Of a stretch of DNA of 64,000 bases, positions 40,569 through 53,094 are shown in pieces. The notes under the pieces were generated by a model. The model saw only the letters and a program-made list of their open reading frames with translations. It was not told where the DNA came from and did no database searches. Every line of letters starts with the position of its first letter. Position 1 is the first letter of the stretch. The translations under genes and the position numbers were made by a program. The stretch lies in assembly GCA_040357565.1 (NCBI GenBank), contig JBDODJ010000034.1. The stretch is one strand, 5' to 3'. The DNA comes from Cercozoa sp. M6MM (lineage: Eukaryota > Protista > Endomyxa: Ascetosporea).

Positions 40569-42396
40569 ACTTAGTTCGCGCCGTTTCCAACGTACCCAAT
40601 CGTGCTGGAGTTTAAAGGCGACTCGCAGGATGTTGTTGGATTCCCCAGCGAAGCCATGGCCAAGGTGTGCGGCCTTTGACTGGTCCGTGCCTTACCATCC
40701 ATCAGCAGTATGTGTGCAGGCGACGTTCCCCGGTCAGCCGCAGCCGGCGGGTGCCGTGCTTGACGGCGAGCGCTACCTGGAGGTTAGTCCGTTTTATCCT
40801 GTTTGCTTCGATGTCCGAGTTGCTGTAGGTGCTGACTCCCCTGCCACAAGACAGCGGCGTCGACATGCGACTCAAGGTGCGCATGAACAGCATCACCGAC
40901 AAGGGCAAGTACGCCGTCGTCGAGCGTGAAAGCGTCGTGTTCTGCGCCAAAACTGGTGCGATCTGTGTCTTGTTTAATCACCAATTTTACCCCTCTTTTA
41001 TCTTCGTAGGCAAGGAGTTCGTGCGTATGTTCTCGTCAACCATTTTTGTTGGCGTCACGTATTCTTGACTCTCCAGTGCAATGTATGCACGGCGGACCCA
41101 CTTTTGTGTTTGTGTGACCAGTGGCTTTCAGTCGGCTGGCGAGCCCTTCTTCAAGAAGATTAGTTTCCCTGGTGCATCCCTGTCCTGTCCTGCCCTGTGT
41201 GTTCTCTTGTGTCTAGTCAGCTATGTACTTGTACTTGTCATGCAGACCGCGCACCCGATGCGACGGTCGAAGAGAAGGTTTCTGAGACCCAGACGCAAAT
41301 CTACCGACTCTCTGGTATGCCCTTCGTTGTTGTGCCTTTGCATTGTATCTCACGGGTTGCGTGTTGCAATGACAGGTGACTATAACCCACTGCACATCTG
41401 CCCCGACACAGCCAAGGCCTTTGGTTTCCCGGCGCCGATTCTGGTACGTGCGGGTGGTTTTCTTTTTTTTTCTGCTTGCCTCTGCATCCCTCCATGTAGC
41501 ACGGCCTCTGCACGTTCGGTCACTCGGCGCGACACGTCATTCAGAAGTTTGCAGGCAACGATGCGCGTCGGTTGCGCTCGGTGCGCGTGCGTTTCTCCAA
41601 ACCGGTGCTGCCAGGTCAGACGCTCCGAACCGAAATGTGGCGCGCCGACGATGCCTCGCGTGTTGGTACTTACGCATGTGCGCACTCGCGTCAAAGTGTG
41701 ACGTTTGCGCAGTGTTCCGCACGGTGGTCAAGGAGACTGGCGCTGTCGTGATGACCAACTGTGGTATGCACATGTTTGTATGCGCCTCGTAGGTATATGT
41801 GTGTTTGTAGAAGCGACACTGCAGACCGCAGATGACTCGGCAGCAGCACCGACGTCATTCCAGTCGGAGGCAGTGTTCCAGCAGATGCAGGCTCGTCTGA
41901 CCCCTACCATCATGGGCAAGGTGCAGGCTGTGTTCCGCTTCGTTGTCAAGAACGGCCCTGTCACACGGTAGGCGTGTGCGTGTGCTTCCTTTGTGTAACT
42001 GGGCAGCCTGATGATGCACATGTGCATGGCTGCAGCACCTGGCGTGTCGATGCCAAGACTGCCGGCACAATTGAGGAAACTGCCGACGGTGATGCTGACT
42101 GCACCATCAAGATCTCGGGTACACTGCGACTTGTTGCGTGTCTGTGTGGTTTCATTTCTTCACTGGTCTGTTTGGGACAGATTCGAATCTCGTGAAGTTG
42201 GTCAACGGCGAGCTTGACGGCATGCAGGCCTTCATGCAGGGTAGCACCTTTTCTCGCCTTTTGTGCGACCTTTTGTCTGTGTGATCTCATATGCGCGCAT
42301 GTTGGGTCGGGTTCAGGCAAGATCAAGCTGCAAGGCAACATGATGCTCGCGCAGAAACTCGCGCTGCTCGGCAACACCGGCAAGGCGTCGCTGTAG
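40246..42396 (+). CDS. Peroxisomal enoyl-CoA hydratase 2 (MaoC double hot-dog) fused to SCP2; MFE-2-like but without the dehydrogenase domain
   Basis: [32 protein letters not shown] and [20 protein letters not shown]2 motifs [10 protein letters not shown] and [21 protein letters not shown]. Ends -KASL*. Confidence 0.92.
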
Positions 42397-42794
42397 ATGT
42401 GCGTGTTCGATTCCGTATACTACTACGACGTACAGTCGTTGAGTTAGAGATCAAATGCTAGAGATCAAATGCACGTCGGTTTTTTATCGATACTGCCGGT
42501 GGCTGTTGGGCCGTCTGGACAACCTTTTTTTAAGAAATTTCACGGAACACAAGCGAAAGCCACAATAAAAGCACGCACAGTAGTTTTTTTTAGCTGACAC
42601 CATTTTTTGCTTCTGGCTGTACAGGAACATTCACTGACTGTGCACATTTTGACAAATCTAGCGATACCAAAGATCGGCCAGGCCCATTTTACAATTCTGG
42701 ATAACATTCATTCCTGTCAGTTTGCAGTTACAGTCAAAGTGTGTTGTCAACGATGTAAGATATGATGGTGTTTAGTTGAACGATCTGTTACCGT

Positions 42795-43250
42795 ATGCGG
42801 CTCCGGAAGAAGCAGCAAGAAGACCGCCGACTGCGCGATCATGGTGGTAATTTATGTTAAGCTGGGAATGTTGCAAAATCTGTCATTCGCCGCTTGGAAC
42901 GGCAGAGTCCTCATTTCATTCGGCACTCCGTCTGCGCGGGGGAGGCACTCGATCCGGTGAGATGCAAATCGTTGTGGAGACTCTCGGAAATTCTGAGTAT
43001 TCTATCACAGTGAACGAGTCGGTACATTTTACTGTTTTTCGCAGTTTGGGAGCTGCCTCTTTAATTTGTTAAAGTGCAGGAAACAGTCGAAATTCTCAAA
43101 GCCAAAATTGAGAACGAATCAGGTGTTCCTTCGTGCCATCAACGCCTCATTTTTCAAGGCAAGCAACTCACGGATGAGCAAATACTGCGGGACTGCAACG
43201 TGTTGCAAGACTCGCGACTGACCCTCGTCTTAAAGTTACGCGGTGGTTAA
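42795..43250 (+). CDS. Divergent ubiquitin-like gene: degenerate half-ubiquitin, linker and one full Ubl domain (42962-43250)
   Basis: ...ESSFHSALRLRGG-GTRSGE-MQIVVETLGNSEYSITVNES|ETVEILKAKIENESGVPSCHQRLIFQGKQLTDEQILRDCNVLQDSRLTLVLKLRGG*, with an intron at 43022-43079. Confidence 0.8.
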
Positions 43251-43589
43251 AAACTCATGCCTGCGGTTGAAACGAACGGTTGCGTAAAACTTGAGGGTCC
43301 CGGTTAACTGCCTCGTCCGGTATTGGCGGGGCGTTTTTTCTTTTGGTTTTTAGCTAAGGAAAATCTTCTCTCGCGGCTTCGTGGCGGAAAAGTGAATAAG
43401 ATCCCCTCCGCTCCGCCACTCGGCGCTTCGACAGTCATGCAACGATAAACCTTAAGGTGAAATTTCCGTTCATGATTTTCGCCTCAGTCAGCCTGCTTCG
43501 GTCAGTGCAGTCCGTCATGCCACTGCGCTGTTTAAGTCAGAGTGGCGTTTAGTTTCAGTAGTTTTAGTTCAGGTGCAAATGCTGCGAGC

Positions 43590-43866
43590 CTAAAGCGCGA
43601 TGAGACTGTTGCCACCTTCGAGATTGTCCCCATGATCTGAGCTCACGCGACCATGATGTGAGCGCCTTGAATTGAGAGAAACGTCGCTCGAACCCGATTC
43701 CAGGCCAGCGTCGGTGCAGTCACCATCAAAGGTTTTGGCAGTGCGAAGTCGTATCCGTCGCCGCACGTTCAGTTCCGGCGCCAGTGCAACACCTCCACCC
43801 CATCCAACGGCTACATTTGAAGGCAGTTGTGTGTGCGTGTGCGTGCGTGTGCGTGCGTGTGCGCGC

Positions 43867-43913
<47 letters not shown>

Positions 43914-44686
43914 CATTGTCACCGCCGAAACCGTAGGCAGCGCGCTGCTGCGCCGCCTTTGCACGCCGTTTCCCGTAACAGAAGAGAGCCACGAGCAGTA
44001 TCAGCACAGTCATCACCAGTACTAACACCAAAGTCATCGGAAAACGCGCGCAGGTAATTAACGAGGCGCTAGAGTATTGAAGGTTGTCGCCACAAGTGAG
44101 CACGTTGACGCCTCCTGCAATCGCATCACGGAAGTACCCGTTCGAGCACTTGACTTTGCACGAAGATCCTGCCCTTGACGGATCAGTTCAGCATACTAGC
44201 CCTTGAGTTAAGTTGATAAACTTCAACACCTTTGGGCAGATTTGAACATGTTGTAGTGCCAACAGACGCCGTTTTTGCGAAACCAAACGCGAACTGCTCT
44301 TCTTCGGTAGAATAGCCTCCTGTGACAAATCGACAACTCTCGCAGCGCGCCAGACAAGGGAAAAGGGGCACCTGTGGGATCGGTGATCGCAACACTAGAC
44401 GGTGGGTTGACTTCTGTCACCTGCATTCCTTTCAGTTTTTTAATCGGGCATGTCACGCACTTGTCCTGGTTCAATCGTTGTTCTCAAAAGTTGCACCGGA
44501 TATCTGTCGCTAGGAAGGTACCATAGAAGTGGCACTCGACGATAATCCGCATGGCCGAAATCCACTGTCTTTAACGCAACGCTTCCTGTCCTCCAACGGA
44601 GCGACCTCGAGGCACCATCTGCAACCCATGGTGGCAAGACAGGTGTCACATGCAAACTGCGCGTCGCACTCGCTGCCCGCATTCAT
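43590..44686 (-). CDS. Single-pass Cys-rich surface protein (PSI-like and Sushi/CCP-like domains plus TM)
   Basis: CDAQFACDTCLATMGCRWC...RC (PSI pattern); GSSCKVKCSNGY...VLTC...YS...TC (CCP pattern); TM LVLVLVMTVLILLVALFCY followed by GKRR. Confidence 0.65.
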
Positions 44687-45011
44687 CGCTTCAACGCGAT
44701 TTACACCTTGAATCGCATTTTACTGCAAAGGCGTGCTAGATTCCGCGCTCGGTGCAATACCCCGAACCCAGAAAATTCGGGCATTGGTTGTGGGGGAACT
44801 ATTGCAGTATTGATAAAGAAGTTAAAAAAAAAGAAAACTGTACAGTACTGTACAAGTTTTGTACTGTACTGTACTGTACAGCAAACGGAAGCGCTCAGAG
44901 CTCATTGCACCTAAAATCGTGCCCAGCAGCGTGTGCGCGTTTCTTTGTACATAGTACTCGCCGAAAGGTTTTGCTGGAAGAAGTTCTAGCGTTTTATTGT
45001 CGTCGGTCGAA

Positions 45012-45861
45012 ATGAGCGAGCCAGTGGACCCGTTGCATGCGCTCCCGCGCAACATGGGCGACCGTCGACGCGCTCGAGTGCTCTATCCGGCGTACTTCGA
45101 CAAGAACCGCTCAATCAAACAGGTAATTTTTGCTTTTTTGGTTGATCTAGCGCGTTTTTCGCAACCTTTCAGTTTGGCTGCTTTGAAGGGCCGTCGTGTC
45201 AGCAAGGAGCTCGCCGTAAAGCACCCGACTGCACACGACATTGCCGAGGCCGCCGCTCAACTGTATGCCTGCAGCTCGTGTGATCATGCCTACAGTGAGT
45301 GGATACTGCCAGTTACTGATTTTGTTTGACGCAGCGGACTGCCCGTGCTGCTGGAGCGTAAGCAGCACCCGAAGGACCACTGGAGCGTCGGTCGTGCACG
45401 CGTCATGCTGTTGGATGAGCAGATGCGACCAGCCAAACCAGACATTGCGACCAAGGAGGAGCTGCTACAGCGAGTGGCCAAGCTTCTTCCGAACGTCACT
45501 GGCCGCGAGGAACGGCAGGGTACCTCATGTCTCTTTGTGTCTGTGTCTGGTTAAATTTGTCGCGGCTCTTGAGCTAATCGTTGTTGTGTGCAGCACAACT
45601 CGCTGAGGTTCGAGCGCAGGAGGAAGAAGCAATGAACTCACTGACACAAGAGCTCGCTAACATGTACATTTGCCACATTTGCCACAGTGAGCACCTTTGA
45701 TGCTTGTGTCTACCGGTATGGTCTGTTGCAACAGGAACGCTCCCAGCAAGAAGGAGAGCAAGAAGAGCGCAAGCAAAGCGAGTGCCACGGCGGTGTCGAA
45801 CAAAGCTCCTGGCGCCAAGAAAAAGGGAGGCAAGAAGAAGAAGGGCAAGCGTCGCAAGTAG
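45012..45861 (+). CDS. SRP19: Signal recognition particle 19 kDa protein
   Basis: LYPAYFDKNRSIKQGRRVSKELAVKHPT, KQHPKD, GRARV and Lys-rich tail KKKGGKKKKGKRRK*. Confidence 0.95.
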
Positions 45862-46177
45862 ACCTCTCTGGTTCAGGACGGGATGTAAGATACTAGTGGA
45901 CCGCGCGCCCTTCTGGTGTATATTGAACTATAATTACATTCGATTGCACCCGCGGCGAAGAAGACTGAGGAGGTTCCAACCGATGATGCCCCTTCCATAT
46001 CGCTCCTGTCCGGTCGAGTTAAAACATCGTGACATCACGCACGTTTCAGTTTTATTGTATTTTTTCTATTGACGTAGCCTGTGTCAAGTCCAGTGCTGGC
46101 AACAGCTGTCCTCGGATGACGCTCTTCACAATTTGGGTGAACAAACGCAAACGCACATTAACGTGCATTGAGTCCAC

Positions 46178-46747
46178 TTAGTTGGCGGCGGTCTTCGCCG
46201 AAGTGATCATCTCGATCAGCTTGACGTCGTCGCCGAGCACCTGCGGGCCGACAAGGACCGTCACGATGACGACCTCACCTGCAAAAGTGAAGTCAGTATA
46301 TCGACTCAAAGCAACAAGAGAATGCATGCAGGTGTTACCGTTGTCGAAGTCCTCCTTGACCTTCTGGCCGACCTCGCCCTCCTCGTCGAGCGGCATGACC
46401 TTCTCCTCACCCTCGTCGGTGATGAGCGTGACCTCGCCGTCCTCGTAGTTGATGACCTCGTACTCCTCCTTGTCCATGACCGGACGCGTGAGGCGGTCAC
46501 CACCCGGGTGCATCGACGACTCCGACTTGCCGGAGAACGTCACCTTGACGCGGTACGTGAACTTGGCGTGGCCGTGCTTGCCCGTCTTGGACATCTTGAC
46601 GTCCGACACAATGCCCGGCAGACCCGACTTGTCAGCAATGACCCACTGGCCGTTCTTGAGGTCGTGAGCCTGGATCGGGATCGTGAACGACGACAGGTCG
46701 GAGTTCTCCGGCATCTCGCGCTCAACGGCGTCGGGGAGCATGGACAT
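46178..46747 (-). CDS. eIF5A: Translation factor eIF5A (divergent)
   Basis: Hypusine motif SKTGKHGHAK. One CDS intron plus a 5'UTR intron. Strong G/C third-position bias. Confidence 0.93.
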   Translation of the reverse strand: MSMLPDAVEREMPENSDLSSFTIPIQAHDLKNGQWVIADKSGLPGIVSDVKMSKTGKHGHAKFTYRVKVTFSGKSESSMHPGGDRLTRPVMDKEEYEVINYEDGEVTLITDEGEEKVMPLDEEGEVGQKVKEDFDNGNTCMHSLVALSRYTDFTFAGEVVIVTVLVGPQVLGDDVKLIEMITSAKTAAN

Positions 46748-47427
46748 CTTGAAGGTGTGCCTGCAAAAATATGGCAACATAATTTTAAAAACAATCACAG
46801 AAATAAAAATCTCAAAAAACTCCTGCGTGTCACCAACAACACACTGCAGCGAACGGAACAAACCCAAACTGGGCAAAAACAGCGAAAGACTTAGTTTTTC
46901 AAACGCACACCACGTCAAACACGCCCAGCACGACACGGGAACGCAGCGACTGCACCCGGGCGCGTGGCCATCGCTCCACACGGCTCAAACACCGGAGCGA
47001 CAGCACACGCCACACTGGGAAACGCGGGATTTCGTCACTCGCGCGCCGCGCAGCCGTGCAGGTCTTGCATTTTCGTAGTGTCAACTCACGATGGGTCAAA
47101 CAGGCCAAAAGAGCGTTGTTTGAGGGACCGAACGATTCCTTGAATTTTCCGGCGAAAAACGCCGCGCGCTCCAACGCGATCAGTTAGTTTCAGCTCATCG
47201 CGGATGTGCCCGTTCGTGCATGCAGAGATTTAATCACATTGGATGCGTTGTGTGGGCTGTAAGCTTTAATTTTGTGAAGGGACTTGAACAGAATGCTCCG
47301 GCAACCTGGATTTGCCGTGCACATGCATCGCGCAGGTCACTGATGCCGTGCGGTAAGAGTTAGTGAGTTGAGTCTTATATGAAACCAACCAAGTCGTTCC
47401 CTGCACCAGCTACTCAGAAGCTTCAAG

Positions 47428-47527
47428 TTAAACAGGGGTGTGTAAAAAGTCGGCACTCGGAACGAGACCCAGCGCATCGCGTACGCGAGCCAGCGTTGTT
47501 TCTGTGACAGAGAGAGCAAATGAACAA

Positions 47528-47558
<31 letters not shown>

Positions 47559-48204
47559 CATTGTCAAGAAACACGGCATACCAGCCTTCTCGCACGCAGC
47601 GTGTTGGCCCTTTTGCAGCGCCTGTTGCAGGTAGGCGGGGTCGTTGTACAACTCAGTGTACCTACCGGGTGCAAGACGTTGTAGCACCATCTGAGTGCAA
47701 GGTGAGCGTTGCGCGAAAATACCTCTGTCGCAGCGGACGCAACTCGGCCAAAATGGCATCAATCAAATCCGCCTTGAGTGCGCGGTACCTCATCTCGGGC
47801 TCCATCTGATGTTTGCGTCGATTAACATGAGCGGGTTGAATGTCCGACAAAAAGCAAAGTTACGGTTTCGTAAGTGCCGACAATGTCGTCGATCGGCATG
47901 CCAGAGGCGTAGTGCAGCATGTTCACTAGATTGCTCACTTCCGGCGCTGAAGGCAGGCATGCGCGTTACGTGTGTTTAATGCCGAGTAAACAAAAGATAC
48001 CATTCGCACGATCATAGCGAACCGTCATGTCGAAATCCGTCTTCGCCTGTTCATTTAAAATCTATAAATTAAACAAACAGAGTGATACAGCACACGACAA
48101 CGAACCTTGCGAATCTTCTTGGCGATGGTATCGTCGTCATCGAGCAGCGTGATCGTTGCCTTGATCGACCTACAGTTAGTGTAGCAGTGATACATGAGCC
48201 ACAT

Positions 48205-48239
<35 letters not shown>

Positions 48240-48866
48240 CGGGTCGGTCTTGCTCATCTTAGAGCCGCCGTTCTGCAACGACATGATGCGCGCGTCGCCC
48301 AGGACAACGGCCTCTGGCACCACAAAGACCGGGTCTTGCTTTTCTGTCCAAACAGTGCGTATATCAGGGTGTACGCACTTTAGAGAGTACATACCCATGT
48401 CGAGAAGCAGATGCGGCGGGCCATCAGCACGGTCATCGAACCGGTCACTAGACAAACAGACCTCTCGCGTATAAATCCAAACAAATTAGAAAAACCGCCA
48501 AGTACCATTGTTCTGCGAAGCTGTTGATTCGCACAGCAAGATCACGCGTCAGATCAATGTGCGGGATCTGATCCTCTCCTGGATAAACACATGCAAAAGT
48601 CCAAGAATGCACATAGCGGTGTCAGATGCACTACCAACAGGCACATGGGTGGCGTCGTAGAGCAGAATGTCGGCAGCCTGCAAAACAACGACACTACGTA
48701 CCCTGACCAGAGTTGTGTGAGTGACGACTACCTGCAACACAGGGTAAGTTAAAAGCGCCGACGACACACGCGTCTGTCGCTTCATGCCGTGTTTTGGCTG
48801 GTGTTTGGCCGACTTCTCCTACGGCACATGTAGACATGAAAACACGCTCAACATCCAAGCACACAT

Positions 48867-48908
<42 letters not shown>

Positions 48909-49129
48909 GAAGACAAATACAAGAGTACATTGAATTGCGGCATGTGCATAAGCGATTTGTGCGGCGAAAAACACTGCAGCAACCACGACAACTCCGAGTG
49001 AGCCGGCACTGCTCAAGCACAGTCCGATTTCACACGTGTCAGACATTCACAGATACGAATAACATACCATGGGACTGCAGAAAGAGAGTCGACTTGTCGG
49101 GGTCAATTCTACCAGAACACATCCGATAT

Positions 49130-49160
<31 letters not shown>

Positions 49161-49654
49161 ATGCACACATACACAATGCACATCCAACAAACCATAGTGC
49201 TCACATACCCTGCCGCGAGAACGAGGGCGGCAGTTCGCATGGTCGCATTTCGCACCTCGGCCTGCTCAGCAAACTGAGTAAACACACTTCGCACACAGAC
49301 AAATAAGCAAACTCACAGGTCGTGGAACAGTGGTCGCCGACCAGGCATGCAGATCCACCACCGACAGGTACAGCTCCCTACAGCCACGACTCCGTATGCG
49401 GTGCAGTCAATACAAGGTACATATAAGATACGTGCTATCGGGGTAATCCGCGCTCATGACACGCTGCATTTCGACCCAATTTCGCACGGCACCGTAGTAG
49501 TTGCCCAGGTGCATCTGCGTCAAAATGTGCACGGTATTACACGAATATGCAAGCACATGTCCACCGAGACAAACCATACCACTCCCGTCGGCTGAATGCC
49601 CGACATCACGGAAGGTTTCGCGGCGCCTCTCAGCGCCTGCTGTAATCCCTGCAT
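47428..49654 (-). CDS. WARS2: Tryptophanyl-tRNA synthetase, bacterial/mitochondrial type
   Basis: [45 protein letters not shown] and IMSLQNGGSKMSKTD. Confidence 0.95.
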
Positions 49655-49891
49655 AATCAGCACACCGCAGCACACAATGGATCGCGTAAATGCGAAAAAG
49701 GCGAATGAAAAATGCGCACAGAACAGGCCGACGGCCGGCTGTTGAGCATTGTACTTGATTTTTGTTTTTGTCAAGTAAATTCCGCTTCCCGATTCAAAAC
49801 CCACCGTCTCAAGCCGATGTCTGGTGCTGTAAGTAATACTTGTAGTGAAGGTTGGATGCCAAGGGCTTGGGTTCAATTTTGGTGTGGTTAT

Positions 49892-50015
49892 TTATTGTTG
49901 TTGCCGCCTGCGCTCGCAGAGAGACCGGATGGCGTCCAGCAGCCGAAGCACAGGCGGACGTCGCCTTTCGTTCTTGGCCTGTTGAGTGTCCGGACCAAGG
50001 GATAAAGAAAACACC

Positions 50016-50105
<90 letters not shown>

Positions 50106-52014
50106 TCCAAGTGAACGAGAGCAGTACTCTTGCTCAGTGTCAGCACTGACGGAAGGCCAGTCAAAACCGCGATTGTAGTCGGCAGGGAACTCCTGGAAAT
50201 AGCCCAGCATGCCGGCTACTCAAAGATACCCTTCCCCCACCATTTGCCAAGTGCTACCTGCCAAGGCAGCAGGTTGTGCTGGTAGTCCAATGCCACCAGT
50301 GCCGTCGTCGAAGCTGACACACGCAACACGAGCAGCAGCTGACCGGGTCGCCACTGCCGTTTCTCCACTAAACACCTCTTCATCTGTATTGACCCGTGTG
50401 ACCCAAGGAGCGAAGGTACCCGGCACGTTGACGTGCAACGAGTGACGAAAGAAGCGAACAAAACGCGGCAGCGGAATCTTCAGGGTAACCACTTGTTCTC
50501 GATCTGCACATGCATGAGTGCATCCACAATACGCAGACACTGACAAACTGACACTGGCACACTGACACACACACACACACACACCTACTGACACACATAC
50601 AGGTAGGTGACACACACACACACACACATGGATAGGTGATACACACACACATAGATACAATAGATAGGTGACACACACACACACGTGGAAAGGGTACCCA
50701 GCGGCAGCACGCGAACGTGCATGGTGCCATCGAACATGTCCTGTCCGTGCACGAGACGTCGTGTCACACGCAGTTCCTGTCGCTCGCTCTCGAAGGTGTC
50801 CTGGAGTCAAGAAGGACAAAGGACATGGACTCCAAACATCAAAAGGGGTGGGGGAGGGGGCAACAAGCACAAGGATACAGCAGCAACAGGCATCAACAGT
50901 CGCAACTGCAGCGGCAACTGCGTGAGGCGCCACTCGGTCTGACGGTCTTGCAGGTCAGTGACGGTCTCGTTAATATCTCCAACGACACGTGCAAACCCGT
51001 CGGTGGTCACTGTCGCCGACTCAAGTGGACATGCGATGACACCGTCAGTGATATGATCGGCACTGAAAACTTCGCTCAGAGACGTCAGTGTCGCTGTCGG
51101 TGTCGACTGACGAAGCACCAGTCGCACCAGCAGTGTCAGGGTGGAGCCATGCGCCTCACCGACGCCACGTGCAACATAATCGTCGGTGACCCAACGCAGG
51201 GCCAGTGATACGTGTCGTGCACGTGACAGGAAACCGTCGCCACGCTGATCGCCAGCCAGCAGCGCGGCCAGGCCTCGCTCGCGGCACGGCAGCAGTCGCA
51301 GGAACGGCGCCAGGTTCTCCAGACACACGCGCTCGCGCGGCGCTGCCGCATGCACATCGATCAGATCGCGACGGTTACCGACGATCTGATCAACTGACCG
51401 ATCAACGCGATCAACTTCGATCACGTCCGACAGCGAGGCACACAAGAGCGAGCCTACTCAAAGCAAGCCTGACATGCATACCACAGAGCATAGGTGACAG
51501 CACGTACCGAGATCACTACGTACTTGTAGCCACCTGGTGTCGATGTCGTTGTCGCTGTGTGTGTTAAAAGACGCAGCCACGATGCCACCCACTGGCTGGT
51601 CCTTTTGCTACAGGCAGCACGCATATATATTGTATGTATATGTATACAGGGCACTGACACCGGTATACCGGAGATGAGGCCAATGAAACATCGAGTCTTT
51701 CGACATCCGCACGCTGCAGCAATTGCGCCACCGGTTTTGGAAACAGCGTCTAATATGCGCACCTCGTCCACCACACAAAGGCGCAACATAGTGCAGGATA
51801 CCGTGTGCCGCCTCAGCCGAATGTCGTCATCAACGCGCAGCTTGAACTCGAAATCCGCATCAATCAAACGGGCATTCCTCGGTCTTATGTGCACCCGTGA
51901 TGAAAAGTGCTCGAGATTCGTGCGGACTCTGGTGCCTTCCTCCCCGTGGACGCAAGAGGTCGAGGTCAATGCCGCCAGTGTCAACAAAATACAGGAAAGC
52001 AATTTGGGAGGCAT
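49892..52014 (-). CDS. PIGT: GPI transamidase subunit PIG-T/Gpi16 (C-terminal TM exon not visible)
   Basis: Signal peptide; PRERVCLENLAPFLRLLPC..GLAALL with the conserved Cys; LLPWQEFPADYNRGFD. Confidence 0.85.
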
Positions 52015-52336
52015 TATTGGGGTTTTTGAAACAATCTAATGCACGTTCACACTGCCACACACTCTGTATTGGTCTGAGCTGTCAAAAATTACAGAACACT
52101 TTTTTTGCTGTAGCCACTCAGTTGGTCCACAGATCAGAGCTCGGTCTGCGGTCTGCTCTGCTTAAGCGATCTACAGGTTGGGATATCCCTGGTAGTAGCA
52201 CGCTTCCACACATTGTTTTGGCGTCGGCACTTTTGCCTGCTTGCTTGAGACAAACTTTATGTTTTCTCTTTACAGGTTTGTGCTCTATGGTTTTCGTGCG
52301 TAGTATCGACGCAGCGGCACGCTTTCAAGTAGTCTA

Positions 52337-52752
52337 ATGCGCCCGGGTGCTGCCCGGCGACTGTTAAAGGTACCGCCGTGTCCGCCGTGTCAGTTGGATA
52401 CGATAAAATTGGTTTGTATTCACTCTGGGTTTGCAGGACTTATTGTGGGCCAGTCAGCGAGCTGAGCGGTCCCATGCCATGAGACGCCGCATCAAAGACG
52501 AATTTAGGAAACTGCGTGACTGTACTGACGAGGAAAAGCTGCGTACTGCTTTTATGCGAGGCCGTTGGTTCTGCCGTGAACTTGAGCAAGGTACCCTTTT
52601 GAGTTGTTTCAGTAGATCGCTTCTTTCATACTGTACATGCCCTCTCAGCCACGTCGCTTGGCAGATATCGTAAGATTCGCCGCATGTACGGCGACTCGCG
52701 TGATCATATCGAGCAGTCGACGTCAAATTCTCCCCCTAAGAGCCCGGAATGA
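52337..52752 (+). CDS. ETFRF1: LYR-motif protein LYRM5/ETFRF1 (ETF regulatory factor)
   Basis: RRLLKDLLW...RRIKDEFRKLRDCTDEEKLR...RGRWFCRELEQATSLGRYRKIRRMY matches the LYRM5 pattern ([24 protein letters not shown]). Confidence 0.8.
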
Positions 52753-53094
52753 CTTGGGCCACCGGACGTGACTGAAGTGAAACAAACTCGGCGTGCGCGG
52801 AAAATACACGATAAATCGGTCGTAACGTATCTAGTCATATGGCTGTCGTATACTAAGCATTTTGGCTTTGCGTTGACGGCCTTTGACCAGACGTTCGGCC
52901 CGGTCCCCTAGTTCAGTTTCTTTTTTCGTTTTTTCCGCCAGTTTTTGTCTGACAAAAACCTGCTAGCGCCTCACACAGTCGTTTGCCAGACGTGCCACGG
53001 CACCCCAGCACGTGCCAATCACACGCAAGGCTTTCGACCACCTGCTGGGACAACTGTGTCGCTTGCATTCCAGTACGATACAGCCGTTTGGAAA

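Noticed and set aside
46322-46894. 190-aa plus-strand ORF opposite eIF5A
   Set aside because: It is an antisense shadow caused by the extreme codon bias of eIF5A.
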